A stretch of 64,000 bases of DNA. Source: a virus. Position numbers and translations under genes: made by a program. Positions within the stretch are counted from its first letter, which is position 1, and the number at the start of each line of letters is the position of its first letter. The notes beneath the pieces were generated by a model. The model worked only from the letters and a program-made list of their open reading frames with translations, ran no database searches and was not told where the DNA came from. Location of the stretch: positions 38,193 through 102,192 of the IMG/VR virus record IMGVR_UViG_3300032073_000011. The stretch is one strand, 5' to 3'. Below are positions 35,877 to 46,603 of the stretch, one piece after another.

Positions 35877-36873
35877 TTTCTTTTTCTATTTTTAAGTCGA
35901 AATCACCACCAACCCCTAATTGTTCAGACCAGAAGGTAGCATTTTCTTGTTTATACTTTTCTATTGATTTCTTTTCTTCACTAGCTTCTCTTCCAGCAAT
36001 GAATCCGTGTGGGGTTATAAGTATTTTACCATCCTCATAACCCAAACCATTAACATGATTTTTCATAATGGTTATTTTTGTTCTGGTAGCAAATTTTACT
36101 TTTCGTTTCTCTTTAACCGCAGTAATATTTGTTGTACCACCATTTTTTTGATTACCGAATCTAAATACTAATGTAGAATTCAACCACAATGATTCCCCAC
36201 CTTTTGCTTTAATTTTTGGTTGTCCAAATGGATTGTCCGGTAACTCTACCCATGGTTGGTTAACCACCACAAGGGTGTTGGTGTATTTAGAATCTTGTCT
36301 TCTTGATTTACCTATTCTTTGGTTTAGTCCCATACCTATTTTATCAGCGAGAGTGGCTGCATTATGCATTTTACCACCTTTACCTTCAAAAGTCATTTTA
36401 CAGGGTACTGAACCAACAGAATCCCATAGAAATAATAAATCATATTCTAATTCACCTTTATCCTGTGCATCAAGTAGTGTATTAATATAATCTGTTATCT
36501 CTTCAATGTATTGAAAGTCGTTGTTAAAAAGGAAGAATCCGTCCCAGTCTATTTCTCCAGTGGTTTTGTCCACAACTTCTTCACAGTCAAAACCTAAAAG
36601 TTTTGCGTGTTCAAAACCCCATTTTTGTTCGGTAATAATTAAAACAGGAAGAATTCCTTTTTTTTGTGCATCCACGGCTGCTTTTATTAAAGCAGTTGTT
36701 TTGCCAGTATCCGAATGTCCTAAAAACATTTGTAAGTGCCCCATCGCTGGTCCTGGTAAACCAGTAGCATCAAGGAAAGCTTTCCCTAAATCAAAAAATC
36801 TTTCTGGTTTAAAGTTAGCTTTCTTTGAGAATTTATTTTTCAAATCTGAAAATGTTCTTTTTTTCAATGCCAT
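35869..36873 (-). CDS. recA: RecA / UvsX-like recombinase
   Basis: Walker A GHSDTGKT, WDSVGS, VVNQ, KGGE, KNHV motifs. Confidence 0.85.
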   Translation of the reverse strand: MALKKRTFSDLKNKFSKKANFKPERFFDLGKAFLDATGLPGPAMGHLQMFLGHSDTGKTTALIKAAVDAQKKGILPVLIITEQKWGFEHAKLLGFDCEEVVDKTTGEIDWDGFFLFNNDFQYIEEITDYINTLLDAQDKGELEYDLLFLWDSVGSVPCKMTFEGKGGKMHNAATLADKIGMGLNQRIGKSRRQDSKYTNTLVVVNQPWVELPDNPFGQPKIKAKGGESLWLNSTLVFRFGNQKNGGTTNITAVKEKRKVKFATRTKITIMKNHVNGLGYEDGKILITPHGFIAGREASEEKKSIEKYKQENATFWSEQLGVGGDFDLKIEKEND

Positions 36874-36881
36874 ATCCCTAG

Positions 36882-37751
36882 TTAAAATGGTAAGTCTTCA
36901 TCTTGTGGGTCGTTTGCCTGTGGGTCTGAGGTACTACCTAATGTTGTTGTGTTGGTAGTATTTTTAGTAGCGTTTGGGTCATCGTAAACATATTTTTTAA
37001 GTTCAGAGTCCCACACTGGGTCTAGTCCTTTAGAAATTGCTTCCAAGTATTCAACAGGTTTTTGTGAATAAACATCTTTCCATGTTCTTTCATCTCCTGA
37101 CCATTCTTTTACTTTATCAGCATCTTCTGATAATTTTCCTGGGTCTTCGTACATAACAGAAGATACTGTTGTATATTCACCTCTACCACCTGGTAATGGT
37201 ACCGCCTGTAGAATTAAGATAAGGTCTCTTCCTTCATTAATATCTGTTACATCACCTTTATTTCTCCAGATTGGAATGATTTTGTCAATTGGTCCGTCAC
37301 CTTTCCAATTATGTTTGAATCTCCAAAACTTAACACCGTCTTCTTCATTATCTCTATCCACAACTTTTACAATGTAGAATTTTTGTGAACGATAAGAACG
37401 TGCTAATTCTTTTGATTGTGCGTCACCAGCTAACCTTAAAGCTTCTTCAACTTCATTTAATGGACTTCTTTCACCGGATGGTTTTCCAGTTTCATCTTTT
37501 CCTGGGTCATAAAGTTTTTGCCACCTTCCCTGTACTTGTACATTGTGGAAAAATACTTCCTTAAATGGTGATGAACCATCTGTAGTAGGTACTATTCTGA
37601 TTCTTTTTTCTCCTTGTTTTGTTCCTTTTGGTAACATAATGGAAAGATATTGTTTCATTCTTTCTTCTGATGTCATTTGTGGTTTTGTGGAACCACCACT
37701 TTGTTTGTTTTTCTCGTATTGAGCTAAAACTGCATCTAAACTATTACTCAT
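36882..37751 (-). CDS. Single-stranded DNA-binding protein, T4 gp32-like
   Basis: RIRIVP...PFKEVFFH, KFYIVKVVDR..EEDGVKFWRF, GRDLIL, acidic tail DEDLPF. Confidence 0.8.
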   Translation of the reverse strand: MSNSLDAVLAQYEKNKQSGGSTKPQMTSEERMKQYLSIMLPKGTKQGEKRIRIVPTTDGSSPFKEVFFHNVQVQGRWQKLYDPGKDETGKPSGERSPLNEVEEALRLAGDAQSKELARSYRSQKFYIVKVVDRDNEEDGVKFWRFKHNWKGDGPIDKIIPIWRNKGDVTDINEGRDLILILQAVPLPGGRGEYTTVSSVMYEDPGKLSEDADKVKEWSGDERTWKDVYSQKPVEYLEAISKGLDPVWDSELKKYVYDDPNATKNTTNTTTLGSTSDPQANDPQDEDLPF

Positions 37752-37792
37752 AAATTTTCTTTTTAAATATTATTAATTAATAAACATATGTA

Positions 37793-37824
37793 TAAATGTA
37801 CACATATATTATTGGTATGTCAAA
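37793..37824 (-). promoter_or_regulatory. Host-type promoter for the replication block: TTTG-N20-TACATTTA (also reads TTGACA-N17-TACATT)
   Basis: Matches Bacteroidota -33/-7 geometry with one mismatch; abuts a TATTTAT at 37824-37830. Confidence 0.7.
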
Positions 37825-37842
37825 TAAATATGGGGGGGAAAT

Positions 37843-38598
37843 TTAATCTTCGTCTTCCGCGTTTGGGTCTCCGAAACTTTTTTGGATATCTACGTCACTG
37901 TAGTCTTCTACAGCGTCTTTGGTTAAAACATATTGTTTTTTACCTGTTTTGTCAAACACTTCTTCTTTGTCTGTAAAAAAATCACTAAGTGTCTTATTAT
38001 AAGGGCCACTATCATGTTTTCTTAAACCTAATTTTTCTTCTGGTGTTCTTGGTCTATATTCTTCTAATTTATCTTCTAGACTACTAATTTTAGTAGCTAC
38101 ATCTTCCATAGAGGATAATTGACTCTCTAGGTCTGAAAGTTTTGTCATTAAATCCTCTAGACTTTGTGTGTTTTTAGATAGAATATCGGTTTGGTCAGAT
38201 AGTTCTGTATTTACCTCATCTTGTTTACTAACTAAATCAGTAACATCAAGTTCTGTAGTGTCGTCTTCAGTACCCATATCAGTATCTATATCGGCATCTA
38301 AATCCATTTCATCTTCAACAGCCACACCCTCTTCACCACCTTCATCTTCAACAGGTACTTCTTCAGTATCAACTTCTAATTCTTCATCTTCCAATTCTGG
38401 AACTTCTTGTTCAGCCATTTCCATACCGAATCTTTTCGCTAATCTTTCAACATGACTTCCCATACCAAGATTACTAACACCACCAACATCATTACCAATA
38501 GCAGTAACTGTCTGTTCATTCAAATTATCACTGTTGTGGTTAATTTGGTTGAATCTTTTAAGTTCTTCTAGGATAGATTTTTCTACTTTTTTACCCAT
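37843..38598 (-). CDS. Acidic coiled-coil protein (251 aa), possible scaffold/head-internal protein
   Basis: Very E/D-rich linker, heptad-like C-terminal half, N-terminal ILEELKRFNQI motif. Confidence 0.55.
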   Translation of the reverse strand: MGKKVEKSILEELKRFNQINHNSDNLNEQTVTAIGNDVGGVSNLGMGSHVERLAKRFGMEMAEQEVPELEDEELEVDTEEVPVEDEGGEEGVAVEDEMDLDADIDTDMGTEDDTTELDVTDLVSKQDEVNTELSDQTDILSKNTQSLEDLMTKLSDLESQLSSMEDVATKISSLEDKLEEYRPRTPEEKLGLRKHDSGPYNKTLSDFFTDKEEVFDKTGKKQYVLTKDAVEDYSDVDIQKSFGDPNAEDED

Positions 38599-38830
38599 TT
38601 AATAATTGTTTTACTTGTCCTGATGGAGATTCTACTTGAACTTTTCTGTTGACTCTTATACTGTTTTCTACTCTTTCTATTAAACCATCTCTACTTCTAA
38701 TGGTGTAACAAATCCCAGTATCTAAATCACAAACTTGTTGTCCTTCAGGTGTTTGTCCGTTTTCAACAATATTATCTGTTTTTTTACATAAAAAATTTCC
38801 TAATTTTTGTCTAAGTTCTTCTGTTATCAT
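38591..38830 (-). CDS. Hypothetical protein (79 aa)
   Basis: ATG with TATTTAT 17 nt upstream; overlaps the next gene by 8 nt. Confidence 0.7.
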   Translation of the reverse strand: MITEELRQKLGNFLCKKTDNIVENGQTPEGQQVCDLDTGICYTIRSRDGLIERVENSIRVNRKVQVESPSGQVKQLLNG

Positions 38831-38847
38831 AATATATTAGTATATCT

Positions 38848-38854
38848 ATAAATA
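38848..38854 (-). promoter_or_regulatory. TATTTAT putative phage late promoter
   Basis: 17 nt upstream of ATG at 38830. Confidence 0.6.
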
Positions 38855-38886
38855 TACGTAAATTCATTAATAGTCAATATTATAAC

Positions 38887-41800
38887 TTATTGTCGTGTTC
38901 TAGGTAAAAATTCTGCAGGGTTTAAATAATGTTCTACTATTTTACCTTCTTGTTTAACACCTCTTTTTATTTCAAAATGTAGGTGTGTACTTTTAGATAA
39001 TCCACTATTACCCATTTTACCAATTACTTTATTTCCAGAACCAACACCTATAAACCCTCTTTCTATTGGGTCGTTTACGTTTACAGTTATACCTTCCCTC
39101 AAAAAAGCGTATCGTGTTAGATAGTAAGCTGTCCCTTCTTCTGGTGGGTCATTATTTAGTATAGTTTTAACCTCAACATGATTACCGTATTTAGCACAAG
39201 ATTCACTTTCTTGTAATGGTTTACAACCATCAACAACTTTAGTTACTACACCATAAACAGCCGGATAAATTTCAATACCACCATTTTCATCATTTGCAAA
39301 ATCTATATTATCTGAAGTAGGACATATATCCACACCTAAATGTCGTTTTTCTGGGTCCTCATTTGGTGTTACTATAAATGTTCCCGCACTTAAGGTAACA
39401 TCAACCCACCTTACATTATCAGTGTCTAATGGTGGTGTTTGGTATGTTACACCAGTAGCTATGTAATTATTTTGTTTAGGGTTTAATTTTTTCTGACTTT
39501 CAGTAGCACTTAATCCATCATAATATAAATCTATAGGTATCTTTTCTAATCTGTCTTCGGCTTTTTCATATAATTTAACATTAACTCTTTGTACTAGGTC
39601 ACTTATAGCTGGTAAAGTTGGTTTTGGTACTCTAACTCCTTCAAATGTTGTTTCTATTGTATTTGGTCTAATTTCGTGTTCAACATTAATAATTAAATAA
39701 GGCCCATTAAACATTGGTAAGTATCTTAGTTGGAAATATTGTGTTGGTTGTATCGTTACGTTACCCACACATGTAACCCTTGCTGTATAGGACCTACTAG
39801 CGTATACATTAAATAAAGAAACCGATGCTGGTGATGTAGAATTTCCACCCCCTGAATCTGCCATACTTTGTAGTATCTTAAAACTCTCTGAGGTATTTTG
39901 AAATTGTGATTGGTCTAGTGTTATTGATTCAAAAATGTTTTGGTTGGGTATACCAAAGTCTACGTTGAACCCCATCACCTTATTTGACTGTTCTTTATTG
40001 CCACATTCTTGTGTTACCAATGGGGAGTTTGGTGAGTTATAATTAAATGAATCATTATTATAACCATTATTAGGTGTTTTAGCGTTTAGTTGTGATGATG
40101 GTTTACCTACGTATTGACATAGGAAAGCCGGTGCTGAATCTATATAATCTACAGTTTTAAATGTACCGAACATTGCATTTCCTTGAGCTTGTGTGTCGGT
40201 ACCTTTTTTTTCCACATTAAAGAAATTTATATAAGAAGGTAGTGGTATAAAATTAAAGTAATTGTTAGCTAATATAATACTTAAGTAACTTGAGACACTC
40301 TGTGTTAATGTTTTAGAGTTAGTGTCGGTAAACGGAGAGTCTAGTTTGAGTATGTCCCATATGTTAATTATTGCTTCGTCACCAATGTCTTGGTTTGCCC
40401 TATCTAAAAATAAAAATTTCTCAAATAACGTTTGGTCTGTAAGGTTAGTCCCAGAAACCCACCTATCATTTATTATTTTAAACTGATTATATAACTCTAA
40501 TTTTAGGTCATCAGACTTAACTTCTGGTCTATCATCTGTAACCACATCTAATGTGGTATCATCAGTTTCTAAATTTTGTTTTATATTTTTTTGTAGTTCG
40601 GTTAATAAAGTTTCAGCGTATAGTTCTTCCGAAGTCTTTAGTGAGTCTATACGAGCCATAAAAGTATCTAAAAATGTACTCGCTGGAGTGGTTCCATTTA
40701 AACTAACATGACTAGCGTATAGTTTAATAAAGGGAGCAAATGATATTATATTATTTGTATTAAATTGCATACCATCTGGAGTGATTTTATTAATACTTTG
40801 GAAAAAATTATACATTGGATTTGAGTCATCAGCATCAATTAACATGCCAAATTGATTTGAACTGTCTGGATAAAACTCCCCAACTTCAAGTCTCATTGTT
40901 TGATGTTCTGGGTTACCTGCAGGAAAAAATCCACCAGCTAGTGGTATCGCTTGTCCACTAGGATAACTACCGTATAGTTCAGTTAAATTATTAAATACCT
41001 CATCTTTGTTATTATTAATATCACGAAGTTGTGTTAGTCTTTGTAATAAAGTTTCATTATTTATAACCAAATCTAAATTAGTAGTACTTCTATGGATATA
41101 TTCTACTTTTTTACTTAAAAACTGAGACATGGAATGGTTAAACTTTAAAAATTGTGCTTCTGCGAGTGATTTAGAGTTAGTCCCCCCACCGGCATTAAGA
41201 CCACCAACAGTAGTTAACCAAGTATCTTCTACCACAACTAATTGTTTAATTAACCCTTTAAGGGAACCACCCAAACTAGTAGAACCTCCTGGTGTGGAAA
41301 AAACTAAAAATTCTCGTTCAAATTCATCTAGTTGTTCTTTATTAAACACACCTCTGAGTACTTCTATACTATCATAGAGTCCTGGATTACTAAAACTCCA
41401 AGATTCTTGTTCATTTTGTTCTGGATTAATTTTTTTAAAGTAGTCTCCAGGTCCAGATTTATACGCTGCTTGGTGTTCGAAATAACCGTAGTGTGAAGCA
41501 CCCCATAATAATCTACATGCTCCATTATGTAACGCAGCGTTACCGTAGGTTGGTGTTTCGTAAGTTGAAGCGTCGGTACCGTCAAGTCCTCCAGAAGAAG
41601 GAAAAAGTATGGTATACTCCGAGGTCTGTGGTGAGTTAGGGGTACTCACACCAAAAACGGGGTCAGCAATATTAGTGGACCGTAAATAAACATTATAAAA
41701 TCTTACATCTACACCATCAAATGAGGTGTAGTTAATATCACTATTAGGTTCTATAGTTAATGGAGCATTTCCCGCAGTGTCTATAAGGTTATTCAATTGT

Positions 41801-44800
41801 TGTCCTGGACCAATATTACTATAACTATCGTTATCACTAGCTATGAATTGGACTGTATCAACTAATGCTGGGTAAACCCCCACTCTCATAGTAGTATTGT
41901 TAACGTTACTTTCTTGACTTACATAGGGGTAGGTGTTTCCATTTTGTAAAAATGTATAGTGATTTAGAGTATTTAAAGCTGTTTCATAAACACTACTTGG
42001 ACCTGTATACCCTAAATAACTAACAAATCCCAAATTACCCCAAATAGAACTTAATGGGTCTACTTGTGTTTGTACTTCTGTTTTGTATCTCCACCAAACT
42101 GAACCAATTCTTAATATTAAAGCTACTGGTAAATTATGAATAGCAGGCATCTGATTAAACATCTGTGATATATAATTACCAAATTTATCATTATCACCAT
42201 CCTTATATAATGCTTTTTCTCTTAGTGTCGGTAGTGGTAATGAATTTAAAAATAAATAAGCAGCTTGTGTATATGGATTTGGGGTTCCTACTTTATCTCT
42301 TTCCACACCACCAATTAATGCGTTTATAAAATAAGGTGTGTTTAACATAGACGTTAACCTTACAGCAGCCATTTCTATATTGGTACCTCCCGTAGGGGGT
42401 ATTGTAGATACTGTTGGGAATCGATGTATTTCACCTTCTGTTATAAATTTATGTTGTATGTAATTTTCATATGTTTCATCTACCGTACCTATGGTGTTAA
42501 GGTTGTACGCTCCAAGTCGTCTATACAACATTTTTTCTGAGTCTTCTTCTATAAAATTTGTCCTACTGTATTTTGCTCTTGTTAAGTACATCGTACTCCA
42601 AGTGTCGGTTAAAACATTTTTTTCATTTATGTCATACTGTACGTTTTTACTTATATTAAAAAAATCATTACTACTAATTGTGTTTCCATTAGCAAAGTTT
42701 CTTCTTACCCAATTACCAAAAATACAAGGAGCTAAGTCATAAGCACTATTACTCTTTCCCTCTAATAATATCTCAGTATTCAATTCAAAATCTTGACTTC
42801 TAACTGAAAATAAAGATTTATTATAATTTAATGTAAAGGTTGGTTTTACTTCATATGGTGTGATAATACCGTACTGTTGATATAGGACAAACCTAAAAGG
42901 GTCAGCATCCTTTAAAATTGTTAACATTTGGGTTAACCCCCCTAAATCTAAAAATACTTGTTTTTGTGTACTATAATTTTTAATTCTTTGGTATAGGTTT
43001 AAAGCGTCGTATTTTGCTAATTCTCTGAGAGCTGGATTAATAAAACTAGATGTACTTAACACACCTGTTTGTCCCACATATCTAGAAAATAAACCACCAT
43101 TTAAAACCGCTCTTTGAGTTCTATCTAATATCTCAAACCATATATCCAAATCTTCTATACTAAAATAAGGGGTAGATGTAGGTGGCCAATCATATACTGT
43201 TATTGGGGTCCAGTCTTTATCTACAGCCTTATTATCAACTGTTGGGTTAAATAAGCTAAACTTATAGTTGGTGGCTTTAGTGTATTCTTCTACGAACTCG
43301 ACCTCGGGCCATATTTTTGGGTTATTAGCTAAAGTATTAGCTATAACATCTGAAGCACCTGGATAAGTTAAAACAGAATTTGTTGTGGTACAGTTACCAC
43401 CTTTTTGTTGTTCCTCAATTTTATAATATTGAGGCCATGGATACACTATTTGGTTAGTTGCGTTGGAGTCATCGGATGAAACTGCTGCTGCCAATCTTTG
43501 TTCGTTTTGTCTCTGAGCAAATGCATCTGTATGTACATCATCTAATAATTTTAAAAAGGTGTCAGCACCAGCTAATATTATCGCAAAAACATTTCTTATC
43601 GTTGGTTTAAACCCTATGGCTTTTTGTAACCTACCGTTAAGTTTTTTACTCAGGTCTTCTGCCATACTTTTTGCCTTACTATCAAACATTCTTTTAGTTT
43701 TTGTCCATATATAAACAAAACTATCCACATCTCCCTCAAACATAAACCAAGGTGCTTGCCCTGCTGGTAGTTGTGTTGTTATACCACCTATCTGGACACT
43801 TCCTTTAATTTGTGAATTTTCAAATATGTCGTAGGTTGGGTCACTGAACCTAGTGGCTACGGAATATTTACCACCTTCCACAGTACTTCTTGCTTTAAAG
43901 GTTGGGTTTTGTTGTAGTATTTTAAAATATTTTTTGACTATCGATTCTAAAGCGTTTTTAGCTTCATTAATTATCTTATCTTGGTTTTCTTTTCTTTTAG
44001 TAGCGTCTGTTTCTGCTGTAGCTGCTGACATACCTTTTAAAGGATATGCCTGAGTAATTACAGTTCTTCCTGTATTTGGTGTTGTTGGGATTTGTTCTCC
44101 TGGTTGTGGTGGGAATGGCGGTTCATTTACAGTAACGTTTCTTCTACCAGCTGGAGAGGTGTCCAAATATTTTCCAACCCACCCTTTCTTACCAATTATA
44201 GCACTTTTAAATTTTTCTAAAGTTTTTTCATACTCTAGTTTATGGGTAGTACTTTCTAAACTAGCTTCACCAAATACTTGAGCCATATCATTATCTATAG
44301 ATTGTATTTTTTCTATTAACTCTACAGTGGTATATTGGTTATTGAATAAGTTGTCACTAATTAAGCCTTTAGTGTAGTACTCTCTATAAACTTCCCCAAG
44401 TACTTGTCTTCCTTTAGTCATTTGAATATTTCCACTTTGTGGGTCTTGTCTTGTAGGGTATAGGTAAGGTGCTGTGACCGCTTCATGCATGTTTATATCC
44501 CTTAACATTGCTATATGATTACCTTTAAAATCACATGTGACTAAGTAATCACCAGATGCTGGGTCAAAACGAGATATAAATTTTTCTAGGGTTAGTTGGT
44601 ATTGGACTGCCTTCCCGTAATATCCTTTAAGTGTTAGAAAAAAGGTTGGGTATGGTAGGTGAAAAAAAGCAGTGTAGGGTGTGTTGACCTTAGCTTGTTC
44701 AAATAATGTTTTCCCCCTAACATCTGTGAAGTTTATAGTTACTTGGGGTATGTAGGATGCGTTAACTTTAATACTAATAGAGGTTATACCAAATCCCTGA

Positions 44801-45180
44801 AAATCATTTTGGTTATTTATACTAGTAGATGTTGTAACACCATCTTTTGTTTTAGTTTTTATTTTTTTATTAACATCTGGATTAGTGAAGGCCTCTGTCC
44901 AATCTGAATCAAATGAACTTTTGCCTTTTGGTTTTAAAAAATTTAGTTCACCATCTGCTATTTCTACCCTAATTTCATCTCCTGCAGCCGCACCAACTAA
45001 TAACTTACTTCTAGGAAATATTTTCGCTGTAAGGTTAGCGTACATCACAAAATCCTCTTGATTAACCAACCTATCTTTTATAACACCATCTGCCCCCACC
45101 ACTTTATTAGGGTCTATTGACACTACGTTACCCCCTATTTGGGTGGTTAGTATATTACCGGAATTTAAATTATCTGCCAT
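38887..45180 (-). CDS. Baseplate hub / tail-associated protein with C-terminal M23 peptidase-like domain (2097 aa)
   Basis: Hub-like FGITSISIK...VTINFTDVRG and YTARVTCVGNVTIQPTQYF...GPYLIINVEHEI segments; C-terminal HLGVD, YGNHV, IGKMGNSG and HLHFE. Confidence 0.75.
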   Translation of the reverse strand: MADNLNSGNILTTQIGGNVVSIDPNKVVGADGVIKDRLVNQEDFVMYANLTAKIFPRSKLLVGAAAGDEIRVEIADGELNFLKPKGKSSFDSDWTEAFTNPDVNKKIKTKTKDGVTTSTSINNQNDFQGFGITSISIKVNASYIPQVTINFTDVRGKTLFEQAKVNTPYTAFFHLPYPTFFLTLKGYYGKAVQYQLTLEKFISRFDPASGDYLVTCDFKGNHIAMLRDINMHEAVTAPYLYPTRQDPQSGNIQMTKGRQVLGEVYREYYTKGLISDNLFNNQYTTVELIEKIQSIDNDMAQVFGEASLESTTHKLEYEKTLEKFKSAIIGKKGWVGKYLDTSPAGRRNVTVNEPPFPPQPGEQIPTTPNTGRTVITQAYPLKGMSAATAETDATKRKENQDKIINEAKNALESIVKKYFKILQQNPTFKARSTVEGGKYSVATRFSDPTYDIFENSQIKGSVQIGGITTQLPAGQAPWFMFEGDVDSFVYIWTKTKRMFDSKAKSMAEDLSKKLNGRLQKAIGFKPTIRNVFAIILAGADTFLKLLDDVHTDAFAQRQNEQRLAAAVSSDDSNATNQIVYPWPQYYKIEEQQKGGNCTTTNSVLTYPGASDVIANTLANNPKIWPEVEFVEEYTKATNYKFSLFNPTVDNKAVDKDWTPITVYDWPPTSTPYFSIEDLDIWFEILDRTQRAVLNGGLFSRYVGQTGVLSTSSFINPALRELAKYDALNLYQRIKNYSTQKQVFLDLGGLTQMLTILKDADPFRFVLYQQYGIITPYEVKPTFTLNYNKSLFSVRSQDFELNTEILLEGKSNSAYDLAPCIFGNWVRRNFANGNTISSNDFFNISKNVQYDINEKNVLTDTWSTMYLTRAKYSRTNFIEEDSEKMLYRRLGAYNLNTIGTVDETYENYIQHKFITEGEIHRFPTVSTIPPTGGTNIEMAAVRLTSMLNTPYFINALIGGVERDKVGTPNPYTQAAYLFLNSLPLPTLREKALYKDGDNDKFGNYISQMFNQMPAIHNLPVALILRIGSVWWRYKTEVQTQVDPLSSIWGNLGFVSYLGYTGPSSVYETALNTLNHYTFLQNGNTYPYVSQESNVNNTTMRVGVYPALVDTVQFIASDNDSYSNIGPGQQLNNLIDTAGNAPLTIEPNSDINYTSFDGVDVRFYNVYLRSTNIADPVFGVSTPNSPQTSEYTILFPSSGGLDGTDASTYETPTYGNAALHNGACRLLWGASHYGYFEHQAAYKSGPGDYFKKINPEQNEQESWSFSNPGLYDSIEVLRGVFNKEQLDEFEREFLVFSTPGGSTSLGGSLKGLIKQLVVVEDTWLTTVGGLNAGGGTNSKSLAEAQFLKFNHSMSQFLSKKVEYIHRSTTNLDLVINNETLLQRLTQLRDINNNKDEVFNNLTELYGSYPSGQAIPLAGGFFPAGNPEHQTMRLEVGEFYPDSSNQFGMLIDADDSNPMYNFFQSINKITPDGMQFNTNNIISFAPFIKLYASHVSLNGTTPASTFLDTFMARIDSLKTSEELYAETLLTELQKNIKQNLETDDTTLDVVTDDRPEVKSDDLKLELYNQFKIINDRWVSGTNLTDQTLFEKFLFLDRANQDIGDEAIINIWDILKLDSPFTDTNSKTLTQSVSSYLSIILANNYFNFIPLPSYINFFNVEKKGTDTQAQGNAMFGTFKTVDYIDSAPAFLCQYVGKPSSQLNAKTPNNGYNNDSFNYNSPNSPLVTQECGNKEQSNKVMGFNVDFGIPNQNIFESITLDQSQFQNTSESFKILQSMADSGGGNSTSPASVSLFNVYASRSYTARVTCVGNVTIQPTQYFQLRYLPMFNGPYLIINVEHEIRPNTIETTFEGVRVPKPTLPAISDLVQRVNVKLYEKAEDRLEKIPIDLYYDGLSATESQKKLNPKQNNYIATGVTYQTPPLDTDNVRWVDVTLSAGTFIVTPNEDPEKRHLGVDICPTSDNIDFANDENGGIEIYPAVYGVVTKVVDGCKPLQESESCAKYGNHVEVKTILNNDPPEEGTAYYLTRYAFLREGITVNVNDPIERGFIGVGSGNKVIGKMGNSGLSKSTHLHFEIKRGVKQEGKIVEHYLNPAEFLPRTRQ

Positions 45181-45487
45181 AATAGAGGAAGTGTTGGTCT
45201 AATTTAGATTTATAGTCCTCTAGTGATTGCATTAATGGGAATGGTACTGTTATAATAGTACCGTCAGGTATGTTCCATTCTTGCCCACCATATGTTGGAT
45301 TTGCTTGCATTATAAGCCATGCGTAGTATGGTGAACTGTAGAATTGGTCCGATAACTTATCTAACCTAGTTTTTCCCACTTTATAAACTATTTTTCTATC
45401 ACTAGATTTAGGTGTAAGTCTTATGCTTGGGACCATTACGTAGTCCCCATTAATAATAAACTCATTATATCTATTATAATAACTCAT
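45170..45487 (-). CDS. LysM-like baseplate protein (P2 gpX / T4 gp53-like)
   Basis: RLDKLSDQFYSSPYYAWLIMQANP...IPDGTIITVP. Confidence 0.8.
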   Translation of the reverse strand: MSYYNRYNEFIINGDYVMVPSIRLTPKSSDRKIVYKVGKTRLDKLSDQFYSSPYYAWLIMQANPTYGGQEWNIPDGTIITVPFPLMQSLEDYKSKLDQHFLYYGR

Positions 45488-45492
45488 ATCTC

Positions 45493-46593
45493 TTAACTAA
45501 TATATAGTTGGTTTAGTAATTTGTAATTAAACTTACTATCACTAATACCTACATTTTTATCTCTTAGATTAACTCTAACTATATTTTCTGCTGTTGCTCC
45601 CGTATTAATCTTATAACCAACATTAAAATCAGAATAATATCTATTTATAACACCTTTAAATGTTTCATAACCACCATCTAAATTACTCGTAAATCTAGAA
45701 ACCATTAAACTTGTATCGTAATCTATCCATTCTTTTACCGCGTTATTTAATTGTGGTTTAAATACTCGTATTGTGACTGGTGTGACACCAGTAATACCTA
45801 GTGGGTCAATATTGGTTAAATCATCATACAGTGTACTTTTTCTATAATTAAGTAACTTTTGTAATTCTGGTCTATTATCAAATGTAAAAGAAGTAGCTTC
45901 ATTTGTGTATATTACCGGACTAAAGAAAATATATTCACCACCACCAGGATAATTTTTAGTAAACGCAGAATTAACATGGTTAACTATAAAAGTATTTAAA
46001 TACCCATTAGTTATGTTGTAGTTAGTCATTACTCTGCTTAAAGCAGTAGTAGCTGTTAATTGGAATGCTATTACTCTACCTCCATTTGGGTTTAGGTATT
46101 GTCCGTCAAAATAACCATCATGGCCATTTGGGTTTGTAATAAAATTAAGTTTATCCGCTGTGGTAGTTAATTTATGTTGTGAATCTCTAAGATTATTAAC
46201 TAAAGTCATAACTTGTGTTATTGTATTATTTAGTTGCGTTTCTAATGTATTGTATAAAACATTTTTTACATATTGTTTTTCGGGCTCTGTTGGGTTAGAT
46301 ATGTTTAACTTGGTTTGGATTGTTGTTGTTTCCGCACTTATGTTATTTTTAACGGTTTCGTAATAAGTGGTTATTCTACTTATTATTTTATTGGGTATCC
46401 CCATTAAAGTACCATTTGTATTTGTACCTAAAGTTCCTGTTTTATAATTTCTGGAAAACATAGATTCTTCAACAAGACCCATACTGTGGTATAGGAAAAC
46501 GTCGTCTAACCTATTCTTTACGTCCAAAGAATATGCATTACTTTCGTCAACGAAAGCATTTAAAAGATTTTTATAATTTATTGTGTAATCCAT
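45493..46593 (-). CDS. Hypothetical tail/baseplate protein (366 aa)
   Basis: Packed between the tube-initiator-like and LysM genes. Confidence 0.6.
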   Translation of the reverse strand: MDYTINYKNLLNAFVDESNAYSLDVKNRLDDVFLYHSMGLVEESMFSRNYKTGTLGTNTNGTLMGIPNKIISRITTYYETVKNNISAETTTIQTKLNISNPTEPEKQYVKNVLYNTLETQLNNTITQVMTLVNNLRDSQHKLTTTADKLNFITNPNGHDGYFDGQYLNPNGGRVIAFQLTATTALSRVMTNYNITNGYLNTFIVNHVNSAFTKNYPGGGEYIFFSPVIYTNEATSFTFDNRPELQKLLNYRKSTLYDDLTNIDPLGITGVTPVTIRVFKPQLNNAVKEWIDYDTSLMVSRFTSNLDGGYETFKGVINRYYSDFNVGYKINTGATAENIVRVNLRDKNVGISDSKFNYKLLNQLYIS

Positions 46594-46603
46594 TTATTAT
46601 ATT

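Noticed and set aside
30636-36873. Inteins or introns in nrdJ, helicase or recA
   Set aside because: Protein lengths are normal, and no splice motifs or homing endonuclease ORFs were seen.
37832-37838. G7 tract upstream of the SSB promoter as a phase-variation site or terminator
   Set aside because: It lies outside the promoter spacer, has no complementary arm, and is short.
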